A DNA stretch of 63,655 nt, filler included, from Dicyema japonicum (GCA_011109175.1; 8 parts of 8 records of this genome joined end to end with filler, not necessarily neighbours in it); one strand, 5' to 3'; positions 1 to 12,719 are shown, counted from the whole stretch's first letter. Numbers and translations: made by a program. Notes: generated by a model not told the origin, from the letters alone.

Positions 1-350
1 ATAAAAAAAGTCACATGGATTCATCTTTACGTGAAAAGTCAACATGGATTCATCCAAAGCGACCAGATGGGAAAGTAATAACATTTCTAAAAAATGGGAT
101 AAGATTCGGGACGAGCGCCAAACTATCGTTCTAAGATTTCTTTAATCATTTGGTGACCTTAAACCAAAATCAGCCATCGAAAGTGAAGAGGGTAAATTTG
201 AATATCAAAAGACTTTCAAAATGTCCAAGACTTTACAGGAGTAATTTTGTGTTCCGTTCTGACAGGTGGTTTACTAACACTTGTTCGTAATTTTATTACA
301 TTTTCAAATTATTTATTTTTACTAAATCTCTTACATCAAACGATTTTTTA

Positions 351-1000
351 CAGTCCGACCTCGATTCAGAAAAAACGTCGCCTTGGTTTTTGTAACACAT
401 TCAGATTATAAACACTTGGTAGGATTGGTGTAAAAGACCCTTTAAGATAAAAACCCCGATGTGGAACAAAATTAATTAATGATTCACGTTGACTTAGTAT
501 TTTTGTGGTGGTCTAAAAACGATGCTAAAAAACCAAGAAAAACTTGACAATTCTCCTCTCCTATTGGAATTATCATATGTCATGTACTCGTCTCCAAGAA
601 TGCTAAGATGACAAAAGATATTTTCAATTCATGGTTAATCATAAATCTTTTATAAAATGTTGTGACGGTATTCACAAGGAAACAATCTCAATGATCAAAG
701 CGATGTATAAGAAAAGACGAATTATTACAAGCGGANTTTGTGGTGGTCTAAAAACGATGCTAAAAAACCAAGAAAAACTTGACAATTCTCCTCTCCTATT
801 GGAATTATCATATGTCATGTACTCGTCTCCAAGAATGCTAGGATGACAAAAGATATTTTCAATTCATGGTTAATCATAAATCTTTTATAAAATGTTGTGA
901 CGGTATTCACGAGGAAACAATCTCAATGATCAAAGCGATGTATAAGAAAAGACGAATTATTACAAGCGGAGAAATCTTTGATGAAATATTGTGGTGAGTC
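351..1000 (+). mobile_element. pogo/Tigger-like DNA transposon remnant (DDE_1 fragment)
   Basis: TA|CAGTCCGACCTCG terminus at 349-363. The translated piece KMTKDIFNSWL resembles the pogo DDE_1 motif WMTxxIFxxWL. Stops are present, and 502-735 is duplicated at 737-970. Confidence 0.55.
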
Positions 1001-1029
1001 AAGATAATGAAACAATAAAAGGAACCAAA

Positions 1030-1265
1030 CAAATTAATGATGGGAAAACGGTAGATACCTTGCCTGGGACGCCACCTGATAGCCTCTCTCCAACCTTGTT
1101 ATAACAGCAACTAACCCAGCATCTGCTTCGGAGAAAGCTGAGATTCTCTCGTTACAGAAATATGCATGTCTTGGTGGACAGTTTATTTGTGAACCAGTCG
1201 TCGTGGAAACGTCAGGAATCATAGAAAGCAGGTCACTGGTCCTACTATGCAGAATAGCAACGCTC
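1030..1265 (+). mobile_element. CRE-like non-LTR retrotransposon, restriction-like endonuclease fragment
   Basis: The plus strand gives LAWDAT* and EKAEILSLQKYACLGGQFICEPVVVETSG, matching the CRE/RLE pattern WDxT..KYxxL..F.P.AVET.G. The minus ORF in the track is its antisense shadow. Confidence 0.7.
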
Positions 1266-1419
1266 ATTAATATTTCCTAGTGTTATAATTATTTACAATT
1301 TTGAATTTGAAACCTCGTTTTTTGGAACTCTTAATTGTTGGGAATGCTTTATGGTAAAATGTTGTCTTTAGGCCAGGACCCCTGTTTGAACCCCTGGCTA
1401 ACAAAGGAGAACAGGGTAT

Positions 1420-1600
1420 CTGGCGAATTGTTCAAGCCGAGGAGCAGGACTTTAATATAAATTGCCCCTGGTTCGAATCTTTGCTATACATTCCGGTTGA
1501 AGGTTCCACGCATCTACGATCCTTTGGCTTGACGAGTTACGTCGTCAACATTTAACTGCGAAACTGCATCGTCCATAAAGGACTCACACGGAACAAAGAG
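1420..1600 (+). repeat. Dispersed repeat, possibly a tRNA-derived SINE; second copy inverted at ~41870-42010
   Basis: TTCCGGTTGAAGGTTCCAC.CATCTA.GAT.CTTTGGCTTGACGAG is shared with the reverse complement of ~41930-41995. A B-box-like GGTTCGAATC lies at ~1470. Confidence 0.5.
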
Positions 1601-3164
1601 GAGTGATTACATTGATTCTCCTTTCTTCTACGATTAGTTGTCATACCTGTGTAACTTCGTATAAATATTATGGCTCTCATTTATTACAGGAAATGATATT
1701 ACCACAAATTGTTTAGCCTAATATCCGGTTGAGGTAATATATTGCTTTTTATAAGCACTTGTATTTTTTATATTAAACCGTTTCTTTGGCGGCTATTTAC
1801 ATATAGAGTGATTTTCCCTCATTTGACATTAGGTTGACCTTCCATGAAAAATTTCAGATAGATTGTCACTCAGTTTTATAGGATATTTGTCGAGGAGTGA
1901 AGCACCATTTACCAATTCTCAGTCGCAAATGTGTTTTCTGACATAGCATGCTTTTCATGGTTATTTCACAGCCTATATAAGTAAACTGGTTACTATAAAC
2001 ATTTAAAGCCAATTTTTTAATTATCATATTTTTTGACCGCTCTGGATTAATCTTCAATAAAATATGTATGACTGCACGCTGATTTAGTATTTATCAAACA
2101 TTTGAGTAGATTTTGCAGATGATGTATCAAAGATGTAATACGATGTTAAAGATTTTCTCTACCAAAATGAGAGTCGGCTAGTATGCTCTGTTTGAGGATA
2201 CTAAAGATCTGCTTGTGCCGACCAAATAAATCTTCTAATACTCCATTACAGTCTTCCGCTTCCGAAGTGAGGTGAAGTATGTCTGCTCTCTTCCATTTNN
2301 NNNNNNNNNNNNNNNNNNNNNNNNNNNNNNNNNNNNNNNNNNNNNNNNNNNNNNNNNNNNNNNNNNNNNNNNNNNNNNNNNNNNNNNNNNNNNNNNNNNN
2401 NNNNNNNNNNNNNNNNNNNNNNNNNNNNNNNNNNNNNNNNNNNNNNNNNNNNNNNNNNNNNNNNNNNNNNNNNNNNNNNNNNNNNNNNNNNNNNNNNNNN
2501 NNNNNNATTCCAACTACAAGAAGCGAGCTAATAAAGCTAATAGAATTTTGGAAGGACTTAAGTCTAATGCTGTTGGATTTGAAATAAAATGTGACACCAA
2601 GGTAATCACTAGTTAATAGAATGTTTTCAATTTTTAATTTTTATCCTTGATTATTAAAAAAAGAGCTTCGAAAAAGTTGGTTAGTTACATTTTTGTGATA
2701 CCGGTCTGTTGGAGACCACTGGATTAGATTACACATTTGTTAATTTTTGGACCAAGAAAGTCAAGAATTTTACTGCCATCAATTATAGTCTGTGGTTTTA
2801 AGTCAAGAGGATACAAGCACTCCCTGAATTCTCTAGTAATGTCAAGAGCAGTACTTATCAGCTATCCCCACCTTCTATGCTCTCTCAGTGGGGTTTGGAC
2901 AATGCTGTATGCCTGAATTCTTTTGAAGATCTACTAGTGTCTTCTAACCTGCATCACCTGTTTGTTGTCTGAGGCGTCTTCCGAGAGCTGTGGCTTGTTC
3001 AACGCCATTCCTAATTAAGTTTTGGGTATTTTCTGGATGATGAATTGTCCGTATTAGAATTTCATTATGACTGGGATAAAAATCAGAGTACCGCACCGGT
3101 GTCGATTCAGAGATCAGATCGACTTTTTCGGCCTACAACTGCAGGAAGAATGCAGGTAGATCTC

Positions 3165-3320
3165 AGACATATAGCTTTGAACGAAGTCGTTAGGCTAGTT
3201 TTTGACGCCGCCAGACACCCCTCCATGGTTGAACCAATAGGTCTTTAAAGGCGTGACAGGAAACGACCAGATGGGATGCCCATCTTCTCCTTTAAAGCCG
3301 CAAAACTTCTTGTCTATGTG
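3165..3320 (+). mobile_element. CRE-like non-LTR retrotransposon fragment
   Basis: RHIALNEVVRLVF..PSMVEPIGL*RRDRKRPDGMPIFSFK matches the CRE RLE motif RH.ALN..I..LEP.GL.R.DGKRPDG. Confidence 0.75.
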
Positions 3321-3332
3321 AGTTAATAAAAC

Positions 3333-3430
3333 NGATCACTCGTATTCGACAGAGGAAGATGGAAAAGACTAACTATAAATATTGTTTCTTTGAGTCTATA
3401 ATCATTATGGCTTTCGTGAAAGTGCCTAAA
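3333..3430 (+). mobile_element. 3' end of an RTE-clade LINE, same family as 29215-29970
   Basis: Near-identical to the reverse complement of ~29215-29330 (GATCACTCG.ATTCGACAGAGGAAGATGGAAAAGACTAACT...CTATAATCATTATGGCTTTCGTGAAAGTGC) apart from a short deletion. Confidence 0.8.
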
Positions 3431-3878
3431 TAATAATATCAGTTTTCACTTAATAACAGGTATTTATTTTCTCAACTATTAAAACTTAGAACTCAGAGGT
3501 AAAATAAGGAATGAATTTAGGCTATAATCATTATGGCTTTCGTGAAAGTGCCTAAATAATAATATCAGTTTTCACTTAATAACAGGTATTTATTTTCTCA
3601 ACTATTAAAACTTAGAACTCAGAGGTAAAATAAGGAATGAATTTAAAAGCAATTTCAAAAAACTCATACATATTTACAAGAACACCTAAAGGAGATTTAT
3701 TCTGCCAAAATGCTCTAAAATAATAATATCATCTAACAATACTACATCAATCTACATCTTAATGGGAAAGACATCAGACTGAATGCTACAAGTATAGAGA
3801 CCAATCAACTTTTTCTTACTTAAGATAACGAAGAAACTGGACATCTTTTTGATTTAATTAGTTTTTTTTATATATTGG

Positions 3879-3956
3879 CTAAGACAAAGGTGTGGAATAG
3901 CCATACTCCGAGGGAACTCGTTCGCAATCCACGCAGCAGGCTTCTTCAACTGACAT
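3879..3956 (-). pseudogene. 5' gene fragment (50-nt first exon plus 28-nt intron), paralogous to 54331-54408
   Basis: ATG at 3956 follows AT-rich DNA. It encodes MSVEEACCVDCERVPS with a GT..AG intron at 3906-3879, the same architecture as the copy at 54331. Confidence 0.45.
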
Positions 3957-4459
3957 TTGTTTAATTGTTAAACAAAATTTTGAATAAAATATATAAAAAA
4001 ATAATAAAAAATAAAAAATTTAATCATTTTTAAATGCGATATTCCACTTCACAAATTAGGGAATAATTATGTAAAGCGCTATTTTAAATTACCACGTCCC
4101 TTCAATTTATATTATTGAACTACAAAAAACATTCTATTTAATTATAGATGAATGTAACATTAATGGGAAAGTAAATGTAAATGTCGGGATAATTTGTAAT
4201 GCAGAAAAATTTCAATGAAAACAATATTGAAAAAATATTTCATGCTAAATTTTAATTTTTCTAACAATGGATAGTTTTTGTTAATTTCCATATAAATTGT
4301 CCTAAAATGATTTCTTAGATTGGTTATTTTTGAGAATAATTTAAAGCCTAGATTAAGTATTTGTTATATCTCATTTCTAGTTAAACGCTAAAAATACAAA
4401 ATAATTTAAAAAATAATAAAATTGTCCTATTTTTGTTTTTAAATGTCCTAATTGTACTA

Positions 4460-5330
4460 CCGTGTACAAGTCTACCTTGTTCGATCAAAAATCTACCTAA
4501 AAATCGACTTCGACTTATACACCGAGTCATGAAATTCAACTTCGTATTCATCGCTTCAAATGTGATGATAATTACTACACTTTTCACAAAAAATTCTTGC
4601 AAATATCAATCTAAATATAGAAGTGAATGGTTTAAAATGATAGCTACGTAAACATTCAATCATTACCCATGTCTAAACGAATGAAATACTCTGCTAAGTT
4701 TAAACTGCAAGTTGTAAACTTTGCCGAATAAACTAACGACTGTGCTGCTTCGAGAAAGTTTGGAGTAAATGAGAAACTAGTAAGAGACTGGAAACGCAAT
4801 GCAACACAGTAAACTTTGCCGAATAAACTAACGACTGTGCTGCTTCGGGAAAGTTTGGAGTAAATGAGAAACTAGTAAGAGACTGGAAACGCAATGTAAC
4901 ACAGCTAGCAGTGATGCCAAGAAACAAATGTGCTAATAGAAAGAAAAGCTGCCAGTCGCCAGCACTTGAACAAAAACTTGCATGCTGGGTCGAGGAGCTA
5001 CGAAAATGTGGGTTCGTTCTCACAAAAAATATGATTTGTCTAACAGTTTTGGCTTGTGCCAAACAAAGCAAGATTACCGATTTCAAAGGAACTTAATTTG
5101 GTGTTCACGATTTTTAAAGAGAAATGACTTTGTGCTACAACAAAAAACTAAACTTTCTCAGAAACTGTCTGAAGATTTAGAGGAAAAGATAACTCTTTTT
5201 CAAAAGTTTCCTAACTAAAAATAAATCAATTTCTAAGAGTCTTCATTGTTGTTGGTCTCTCTCGGCGCTTAATATCACAGGGTTACATAGTAAATAGTAG
5301 GGGGGTCGACTTATACACCGGTAAATACGG
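4460..5330 (+). mobile_element. Internally deleted POGK/pogo-like Tc1-mariner element
   Basis: TA on both flanks. The right TIR is GTCGACTTATACACCGGTAAATACGG and the left TIR is degenerate. It encodes a Brinker-type DBD (MSKRMKYSAKFKLQVV..FGVNEKLVRDWKR) and a CENP-B/Tc5 HTH (PALEQKLACWVEELRKCG), with stops and frameshifts. Confidence 0.8.
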
Positions 5331-5879
5331 TATTTTGTTGTTAAAATGTCCTAAAAAATGTCCTATTAATTTCGCTTTAGTTATCAGGAATGAATTTGAT
5401 TGATAATCTCACCAAACAGGTCATTTGAAGAAAACCAATACTCAGATCAATCCTAGGGGCTGAAATGACCGGAGTCGATTTGCGATAGGATTCTTTTGGA
5501 ATCTCTAAAGAGGGATTTTTCAAAGCATCTATTGGTTGTGGATGACTTCCGTAACGAATGACTCTAGTTGATACAAAATCATTGATCATCTTCGTCATGG
5601 TGGAGATAGATTAGGAATTGACTCTTTTCGATTGCTGTCTGATTTCTAGTTTCGATTAGGTTATTGTGGGTTGCACAGGATTCGTAAACTCATCGTAGGT
5701 TTCACATGCATAAGCGTTCTCCAGCACCAGAATCAAGACTCTCATTGTAGGCGGTCTACAGCTGCACGTGGGTTAAAACCAGTAATCAATACAAGCCCAC
5801 ACTTTGAGTTTTTTGAATTTTACATTTGAACAGGAGACGCATCGAAACCAACTGGAGTAGTAGATCGCCATTGAAGCAA

Positions 5880-6190
5880 AGTTAGACAAAAATTTAGAAT
5901 ATGGTGGAGTATACCTGAATCTCAGTCTTAGTTACGATACCATAAATTTTCTAAGAAGGAAAATTGTCCCTCATTGAACAATCTGCAATTTGGAATAGTG
6001 AATGTAATTTCCTCATCTTCTTTCGTGTAGAATCCATTATAGAATCTGTTGGAACGCTTAAATTAAGATAGAACCCCACGTTTCCTCAAATTCTGCTGAA
6101 TAAGGAGCGTCGTGGCCCACGTATCAGTGATAAGTTTAGGTTTCTCAATTTTCCGTGCTGAAATAACATGAGAATGAGCCAGAAAGCTAC
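5880..6190 (-). repeat. Diverged copy of an unknown coding-like segment also at ~8690-8935 and (inverted) ~44330-44510
   Basis: Shares AATTAAGA.AGAA..CCACGT..AAATTCTGCT..GCGTCGTGGCCCACGTATCAGTGATAAGTTTAGGTTTCTCAATTT and TTAGTTACGATA.CATAAATT blocks. Confidence 0.7.
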
Positions 6191-6873
6191 TAACAAAATG
6201 CTTTAACTGCCAACATTCGGCCACTTCACGAAACGTTAGAACTAAACAAAGAGATGCCTTACGGGGCTATATCTTCGAGGAACAAATTCCAAAACGTCTG
6301 AAGGGACATTTAGGGTGCCCTGGATTTATTCTTGATCGTCGAACTTGATGTTGACAAGACGTTAGGTAGGATAACGGAAAAGTGAATTTATTGACTAGAA
6401 CTTTAGTATTCTCAGGAAAATGGTTCACCACGAAGTACGTAGTTCAGTTTAGATGTCAGTGCACTTTCAGAAGGAGGAAGACGTTTCTGAGTCTAACATT
6501 TACTGTCATGTGAACGTTGACTTTGATTGTTGTTCTCTTATAAAAGCACATGATGTCACGGCAGTGAATTCCCGATGGATGACACAACTTTTGAATACTT
6601 TCTTCTGAAAGTCCACGATTGTAGATTTCTGTTTTGGAATATTTAAATTGAATGAACAACGGCATAATATCCAAGGCTACTCCGAATCCACTTGAGGAGG
6701 GTTTTTTAGGAGTATCTTAGTCATAATTTCGAAAACATCAGGGATTTTTGGTATACTTTCGTTAAAATTGACAAAATTAAAAATTTTGTTAGATTTTAGA
6801 ATATCGACTGTAATTCAAATAATTAATAATTATATAAATTCAAATAAATTGAAGACGGTTTGACAAATTAATA

Positions 6874-8143
6874 TTAGTTAGTTACAAAGCTTAATGGAAT
6901 GCTTTCCTGTATTTCAACATGTGATTTCGGTTTGATAAAAATAGGGACAATGAGACACGTGAATATTATTGCAACAACTCCACACACGATTCCAATTATT
7001 TGATGTTTCGTCAATTTTTTTACGGCTTTACTTCCAGACGAAATTAGTTCTTCAAAACTTATTTTATCTAAAATTTAGTCGGTTTTACAGCATTACGATG
7101 ATTCGATATTTGTTCTTCAAAGCATCCTTTATCTAAAATTCAGCCGGATTTATTTACCTTCTCCAATAAATTCAAAATTCAGATCATTGCGGAAACATTG
7201 TAATTTAAGAGATGAAATTTCGATAGTCACATTTTGATAGTTTTGTGAGATGAATCCACATTGATAATATTCTCCAATTTTAATTTGTTTAAATTGCTTT
7301 ACAAGAAAAACGCATTTAGATTTTTTATTCCCAACACAAACATAAAAGTTATAAATAATATATTTTCCTCCATCTAGTTTATCCGCCGTAATAAATATTT
7401 TAGAATTTGCACCATTCAATATGTATTTATTGTTTCGATAAACAGAACGTGTTAAAATATTATAGTGATGTTCATCGAAATGCTCATCTGTTATCTAAGA
7501 ATCAATGCAAACGTTTACAATTTTGTTATTGTCAATATATGATATTTTGATAATTCCACTTATTACTACTCGGATTCTATTTTCGTAAATAAAAAACCAA
7601 ATCGGCGTATTTGGGTCATTATTTGGGTTACAGTCATTAGCTAAATAAATTTTAATTAAAACCTTTTCCAGTAAAATAAGACAAACTACCATTATCGTGA
7701 TATTGCAACTTGTTTGAATAAATTGTGACAGATAATTGATTCGAAAAACTAATATGAGTATAAGCACATCGGTAGTAATCCCCAAATTTGGTTTTAGGAA
7801 TCGTTGTGATATTAGTATAACGCTTACCACCTTAAGTACAACGAAAAACATACCATAAACAATTTCTGTTATAAAGTCAATAGTATAAAACTCATTGTAA
7901 AGGTGTAGAATAAATTTAAAAGTTATATTTTTATCAGGAAAAATATGCTCACCATAAATGCCATTTATACTTCGATCCTTAGTAAAGCGAAATAAAGGTT
8001 TCTTCTAAAGTTATCAAAATATATACATTAGAAGGATTCTTATAATTCATATATAAATCAATTAAGATATATTTCTTACTGCATTTTATTTTGACGATTT
8101 TGCTTAACAGAATAAATATGACAAAATGAATAGTTCTGTTCAT
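6874..8143 (-). CDS. Intact 7-exon type I membrane glycoprotein (374 aa) with two LAMP-like luminal repeats
   Basis: ATG at 8143 and TAA at 6876-6874. Removing GT-AG introns 8027-8006 (22), 7853-7831 (23), 7662-7641 (22), 7518-7495 (24), 7157-7133 (25) and 7096-7068 (29) leaves 1125 nt with no internal stop. It has a signal-like N-terminus (MNRTIHFVIFILLSK), repeats GDYYRC..VTIYSNKLQY..GKANDC and GEYYQC..VTIEISSLKLQCF..GEDKGC, a TM segment IIGIVCGVVAIIFTCLIVPIFI and a short tail. The LAMP assignment is from motif recall. Confidence 0.8.
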
Positions 8144-8221
8144 TTAATCTAAATTTTATTAGGTCAATTTTTATTTTATTTAAATTATTAATTAATTTTT
8201 TTATTTAATTATAATTAAATA

Positions 8222-8545
8222 CAGTCCGTCGTCGATTTGAAACGTACCTCGAGGCTGGAACATTTCAGTTTTTGGAACAACCTTAGTTTTTGGAACACTT
8301 TATCGGATCTCAGCCAAAAATGTCGAAAACTTCGATTTGGAATTGAATTTATTACTATTTTTTATTTCTAGTCGTTAAAAAAATTAATTATTTTTAAATA
8401 AAAAAACTGCACACTAAATCATTATGAGTCTTAGTTACGAAAAAAAGTTGAAATTGCTCGACTACTCCTGAAAAATCATTCACAGAGTACTTTCTCGGAA
8501 ATATGAAGCGAGCATTGGCACAATAACTCGAATAAAAAAACAAAT
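8222..8545 (+). mobile_element. 5' end of a Tigger-like element
   Basis: TA|CAGTCCGTCGTCG terminus, followed by a CENP-B N-terminal HTH-like MSLSYEKKLKLLDY..RKYEASIGTITRIKK. An inverted copy lies at ~44700-44968. Confidence 0.6.
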
Positions 8546-9964
8546 ATGCCGTACATAACCCGTGGGAACATTATATATGAATTCTGTTTGTACTTATAAC
8601 AAAAGTTTAATGTGCAGAATAATATGAATTCACGAATGTGTTGCTGGAGAGTTCATATTGAACCAGCTGCCGTAGAAACAAATGGACCCACAGGAATTAG
8701 TTACGATAGCATAAATTCTCTAAGAATGAAAATTGTCCATCTAACAAACCTCTCACTCATTTTTTCCTCCCTGCTTGACAAATCTGCAATCCGGAATAGT
8801 GAATATGGTAAATTAAGAAAGAAATCCACGTCTCTAAAATTCTGCTAGAAAGAAAAGCGTCGTGGCCCACGTATCAGTGATAAGTTTAGGTTTCTCAATT
8901 TAGCGTGCTGAAATAACATGCGAATAAGCTGGAGAAAAGCCAAGATGCAAATTCGTCCATTAATTTTATGTGCACCAACTCATCACGACGATTATGTTAT
9001 AAACCAGGCATATCTAACGTGTTGCCCGCACAAAGGATTTTTATACAGTAGATGACATTGTGGGAGACCGCGTCATTAAAATGAAACCACCAGAGAAAAC
9101 CATTGGATTTCTGTCAATGACGTCAAATTGACGTGTCGTGGTTGTGAGATTTCTGCTTAGTCAGAAGACGTTAATAAGCTTAAACTTTTTTTTAACTTTA
9201 GCAAATTTTATTATTAAAGGAATGTAAAGAATGTATTATTTTGAGGTTTCTTACCACAAGACCTGCAATAGCTTGGACTCTCCTACTGCGACCTTAACCC
9301 CTCTATGGTTCATTCCGTTTGGTACATACGAGTCAATGATGCCATCCCGTTTCGGTAGTTTGCCATTTTTTCTCTGTTACTTCTCAAATCTTCGTCATCA
9401 TATAAAGTCTCATAAGCCGTTTGTGACAATCTTGATCCCTGTAATCCTCGTTTTTCAAGAAGGGAGATAAAACACTCCTTGCATGCAGTGTAATAGCACC
9501 CTTCAAGTCCATAGAGAAGTGATAGAATGACCGTAGGTGTAAAAATAAACGAAAACATCCGCTTCGAGCCTGATGTGTCTGATGAGTTTAAAGTTTTATA
9601 AAGCAGTTCCAGTTTTTCAAAAGCTGTTCCGAGATACTTCAAGCATTGCATACCATCGGTTCCACATAGAAAGCCTTGCTGATTCCCTTTCCATTTCCGC
9701 TGAAGAATCTTGCATTAGATTTTTTCTGACAACTTTTCCTTGGAGACCAAACGAGACTCATATCTCTTCCACATTTACATTGCCTCATTTCCCTGAAGTC
9801 ACACCCAATCACGACACATCAGACAGTAGTAATTCGTCTACTTATATCAGAGATTTCATACATGATAACATCGGAGACAGGAAACTGGCCATTAGAACGT
9901 TAAAAATAGATGTCTCAAAATTGATTCCTGATGCGTCCATGTAGAACCACCATGATAGTTAAAA

Positions 9965-10093
9965 AACGTCCATTCCTTGCAGTTGTGGAAACCTATCCAG
10001 TGGAGTGGGGGAGAACAAATGATCCTTTTTAGTGCCAGCTTGGCACGGGCGTTACCTGACAGGTGGATCACATGATGTCACTCTAGTAAGAAG
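9965..10093 (-). mobile_element. Partial copy of the ~320-nt SINE-like family
   Basis: Aligns to 28065-28190 (GACGTCCATT..CAGTTGTGGAAACC..CCAGTGGAGTGGG..GATCCTTTTT.GTGCC..GGCAC..GTGGATCACATG). Confidence 0.75.
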
Positions 10094-10159
10094 TCAAGAG
10101 CTGTTCTTGAAAAGTAATTTCAATAAGTAAAATATCATTCTTCACCTTATCGCGGAGGT

Positions 10160-11860
10160 CTATTGAACCTGACATGAGCATCTGTCTTTATGGATGTGGG
10201 ATATCGACTCTGAATATTGATTATAAAATTGACAGAATGTGTCTTTAGTCTCTGACTTCTTGATGTCGTACATTCTGCTTCGTTCAAATGTATGCACCTC
10301 CTTGAAGAAGAAAATATCTTGTTTTCACAAACTACTCAGAGGATCCAACAACATCAATATTATCTTATTCCCAACAATTATAAAGTATTGACATTCTGAT
10401 ACTATCCGTAGGGGATTTCTGTTCATATTCCTTGATAGCGCTAAGGCTTACTTGGGTGAGTCCATATTGTCCTTGAAAGCAAGGAATCCTGCGATTGTGG
10501 TCATATATGTTTTCTTAGCTTTAAAGATTCCATTTTTTCTAAGACAAATTATGGACTTTCTTTGCAAATCACCAGGCATTGAAACAACATACAATCAATT
10601 TTACGAAAAATTGAAATAAACACCTCTCCCAAGTTTAAAAAGATAAATACAATCTTCAGTTAAAATACCATTTCAAAATCAATAGACTCGATCGGTTCAA
10701 TTTCAATTAAGCTTCATGATGCTGCTGGCACGATCCTCTAAACNTAACCATCCCAATACTTTCTCTTTTGAAATTTAGAGTAACTTTAAATGAGCTTATC
10801 AGGCTCTTCACAAACCTTCCAATCGACATTGGGAGGCCTGAACAATTAAAGCATGGCAGAGAAAACCATGGTCCACAGAGACTTACTCCTTCTCTACATC
10901 AATCCACGAAACGAATAGTTTGTTTCAATAATGACTGTTTATGCACTGATTTATCAAGGCTTGCTCTTTCGCCCCTTGAAACATCATCTTTACCCCCAAT
11001 TTAATATCAGAAATAATTTCGAACACTACCAAATAATCTGTAAATTTTGAGTTATCACATTGTGTAACCGATTTATGCAACCAGTCCTCAGTCACAATCC
11101 GCTCAAGGACGGACCTGATCTCATCCAGAGAACGGTTCACCTCAACATCTTCCTCACATAGGGGTCTTTTCCAAAGTCGGTGTTTAGTGGAGCTCATATG
11201 CTGAACCAACCGCCTAGCCTGAAACTAACCAAGAGGCAAACACTATCGGTGTATTTTGAGTACCTCTCCTATAGAGACCGCAATCTGGCCATTTCGTTCT
11301 GCATCTTCCTGGCACGTTCAACGTCTATACCTTTACTACTGCTCTCGTGGTCCGTCAGACTGAAGGCAGACTTTACAATGTCTTCGTTCATTTCGAGAAA
11401 TGCTTTGATGTCCCTCTCCATTTGATTTTCGTACTGATCTCACAATCGAACCAGACATTCATCAAATTATAGATATTATCCCCCATTCTCCGCTTGGAGA
11501 TGTGCTCGAGTGGGGAGCACAGTTGCTCAGCCAACGATTACAGAACAAGCGACATTTTTGTTAAAGTCTACTGTGGACTGCCACTGTTCGACCTCATCTC
11601 GAGCTCTTCTGTAAAGAGCTTGACGTTCGATCTGCCATTATAAAAAATGGAACCCTTTTCAGCTGATTTAACGGAATCTCGGGCTCACTGGGTTTGTGGG
11701 AGGTATTTAGGCGAGGAACTTAACGTTTTGCCTTGCTCTTGTTTAAGATGAGGTCAGTGACAGACAATCTGCTTGCTAAAAATGATAATGACGTCTACAT
11801 CGATTGATTCCATGTTCTAGGATACCTCCAACCAGTTCTCTCAGTTGGTGAGTGATCTGG
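10160..11860 (-). CDS. UTP14: UTP14-like SSU processome protein; multi-exon, apparently disrupted
   Basis: Spliced pieces EIPLNQLKR|IERQALYRRARDEVEQWQSTVDFNKN|AEQLCSPL...YENQMERDIKAFLE...ERARKMQNEMARLRSL follow the order of the UTP14 motifs (LPL..EIERI..W..V..N..AEQL.FPL..LEQEI..L..AEL.R.RAL). There are 22-25 nt introns, an in-frame TAG at 11271-11269 and one acceptor reading TG. Boundaries are approximate. Confidence 0.6.
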
Positions 11861-12719
11861 GATTATTCGTAAAGTTACTTAAAATCAGTGTAATTTCCAA
11901 GTTTAAGTTGTTTAAGCATGTATGAATGCTCAGATGGATTAAAATCAGTCTAGAATACATTTTTTTCGTTACATCATCAGGAATAACATCCCGAAGTATT
12001 TCATAGTCCTCCTGAATATTAGAAAGCAGTCTACTTACCGGTTAAAAATAAACTGTTAAAAATTACTCATCTTAGATATCAACAAAAAATAACGTTAAAA
12101 TTTAATTACTTTTGTATTTTTTATTATTATAAAATAAAATTAATAATTAAATTAAATTAAATAATTACAATTTTAATGTGGTTGGAAAATTGTCAGATCA
12201 CCTCCACTGGAAAACCAACATTCTCCCAGCAGTGGATCACATTTGTATGAGGAACCTCCAATTCTTTAATTAAACCATTGAACCAGAACACCCTTGTAAT
12301 TTTCAGACTCACGCGAAGAACTAAAGTAAACTAATCCCTATTATAACGCACCTGTTGTTTTGTAAATTGGCAAAAATTCCTCAGCTACCTCCTGACAAAA
12401 CCATTTCAAAAAAATTACAATTACTCTACTAAAGGCATCGGAGGAGCGGTTTGGACGATTTACTGGATACTCTTCCCTCAATGGTGATGATTCGGAGAGA
12501 ACTTTTTGACAGAAAAACAAGGTGGACCCTAGGATGATTAATATCTGGGCAATTACTTCTAATAGACGTATTGGGCTCTTGGCTTGCTCCACCGATTAAT
12601 TATACTGATTCTACAAGATGCTCTCTCCTGCCCTGGAACTACTGTGAACATCAGAGACCTCAGACTAACAGCATCTGGGAAAGCCAGCCTCTTACAAGGT
12701 AGGGAGATCGGGTTAATAA

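Noticed and set aside
2235-2616. Long ORFs spanning N runs (also 36560-37639)
   Set aside because: Their length comes from untranslatable Ns.
9573-9944. 123-aa plus-strand ORF and similar short ORFs (11180-11425, 21302-21748, 24506-25021, 42712-42942)
   Set aside because: No recognisable motifs; several are antisense shadows of minus-strand genes or TEs.
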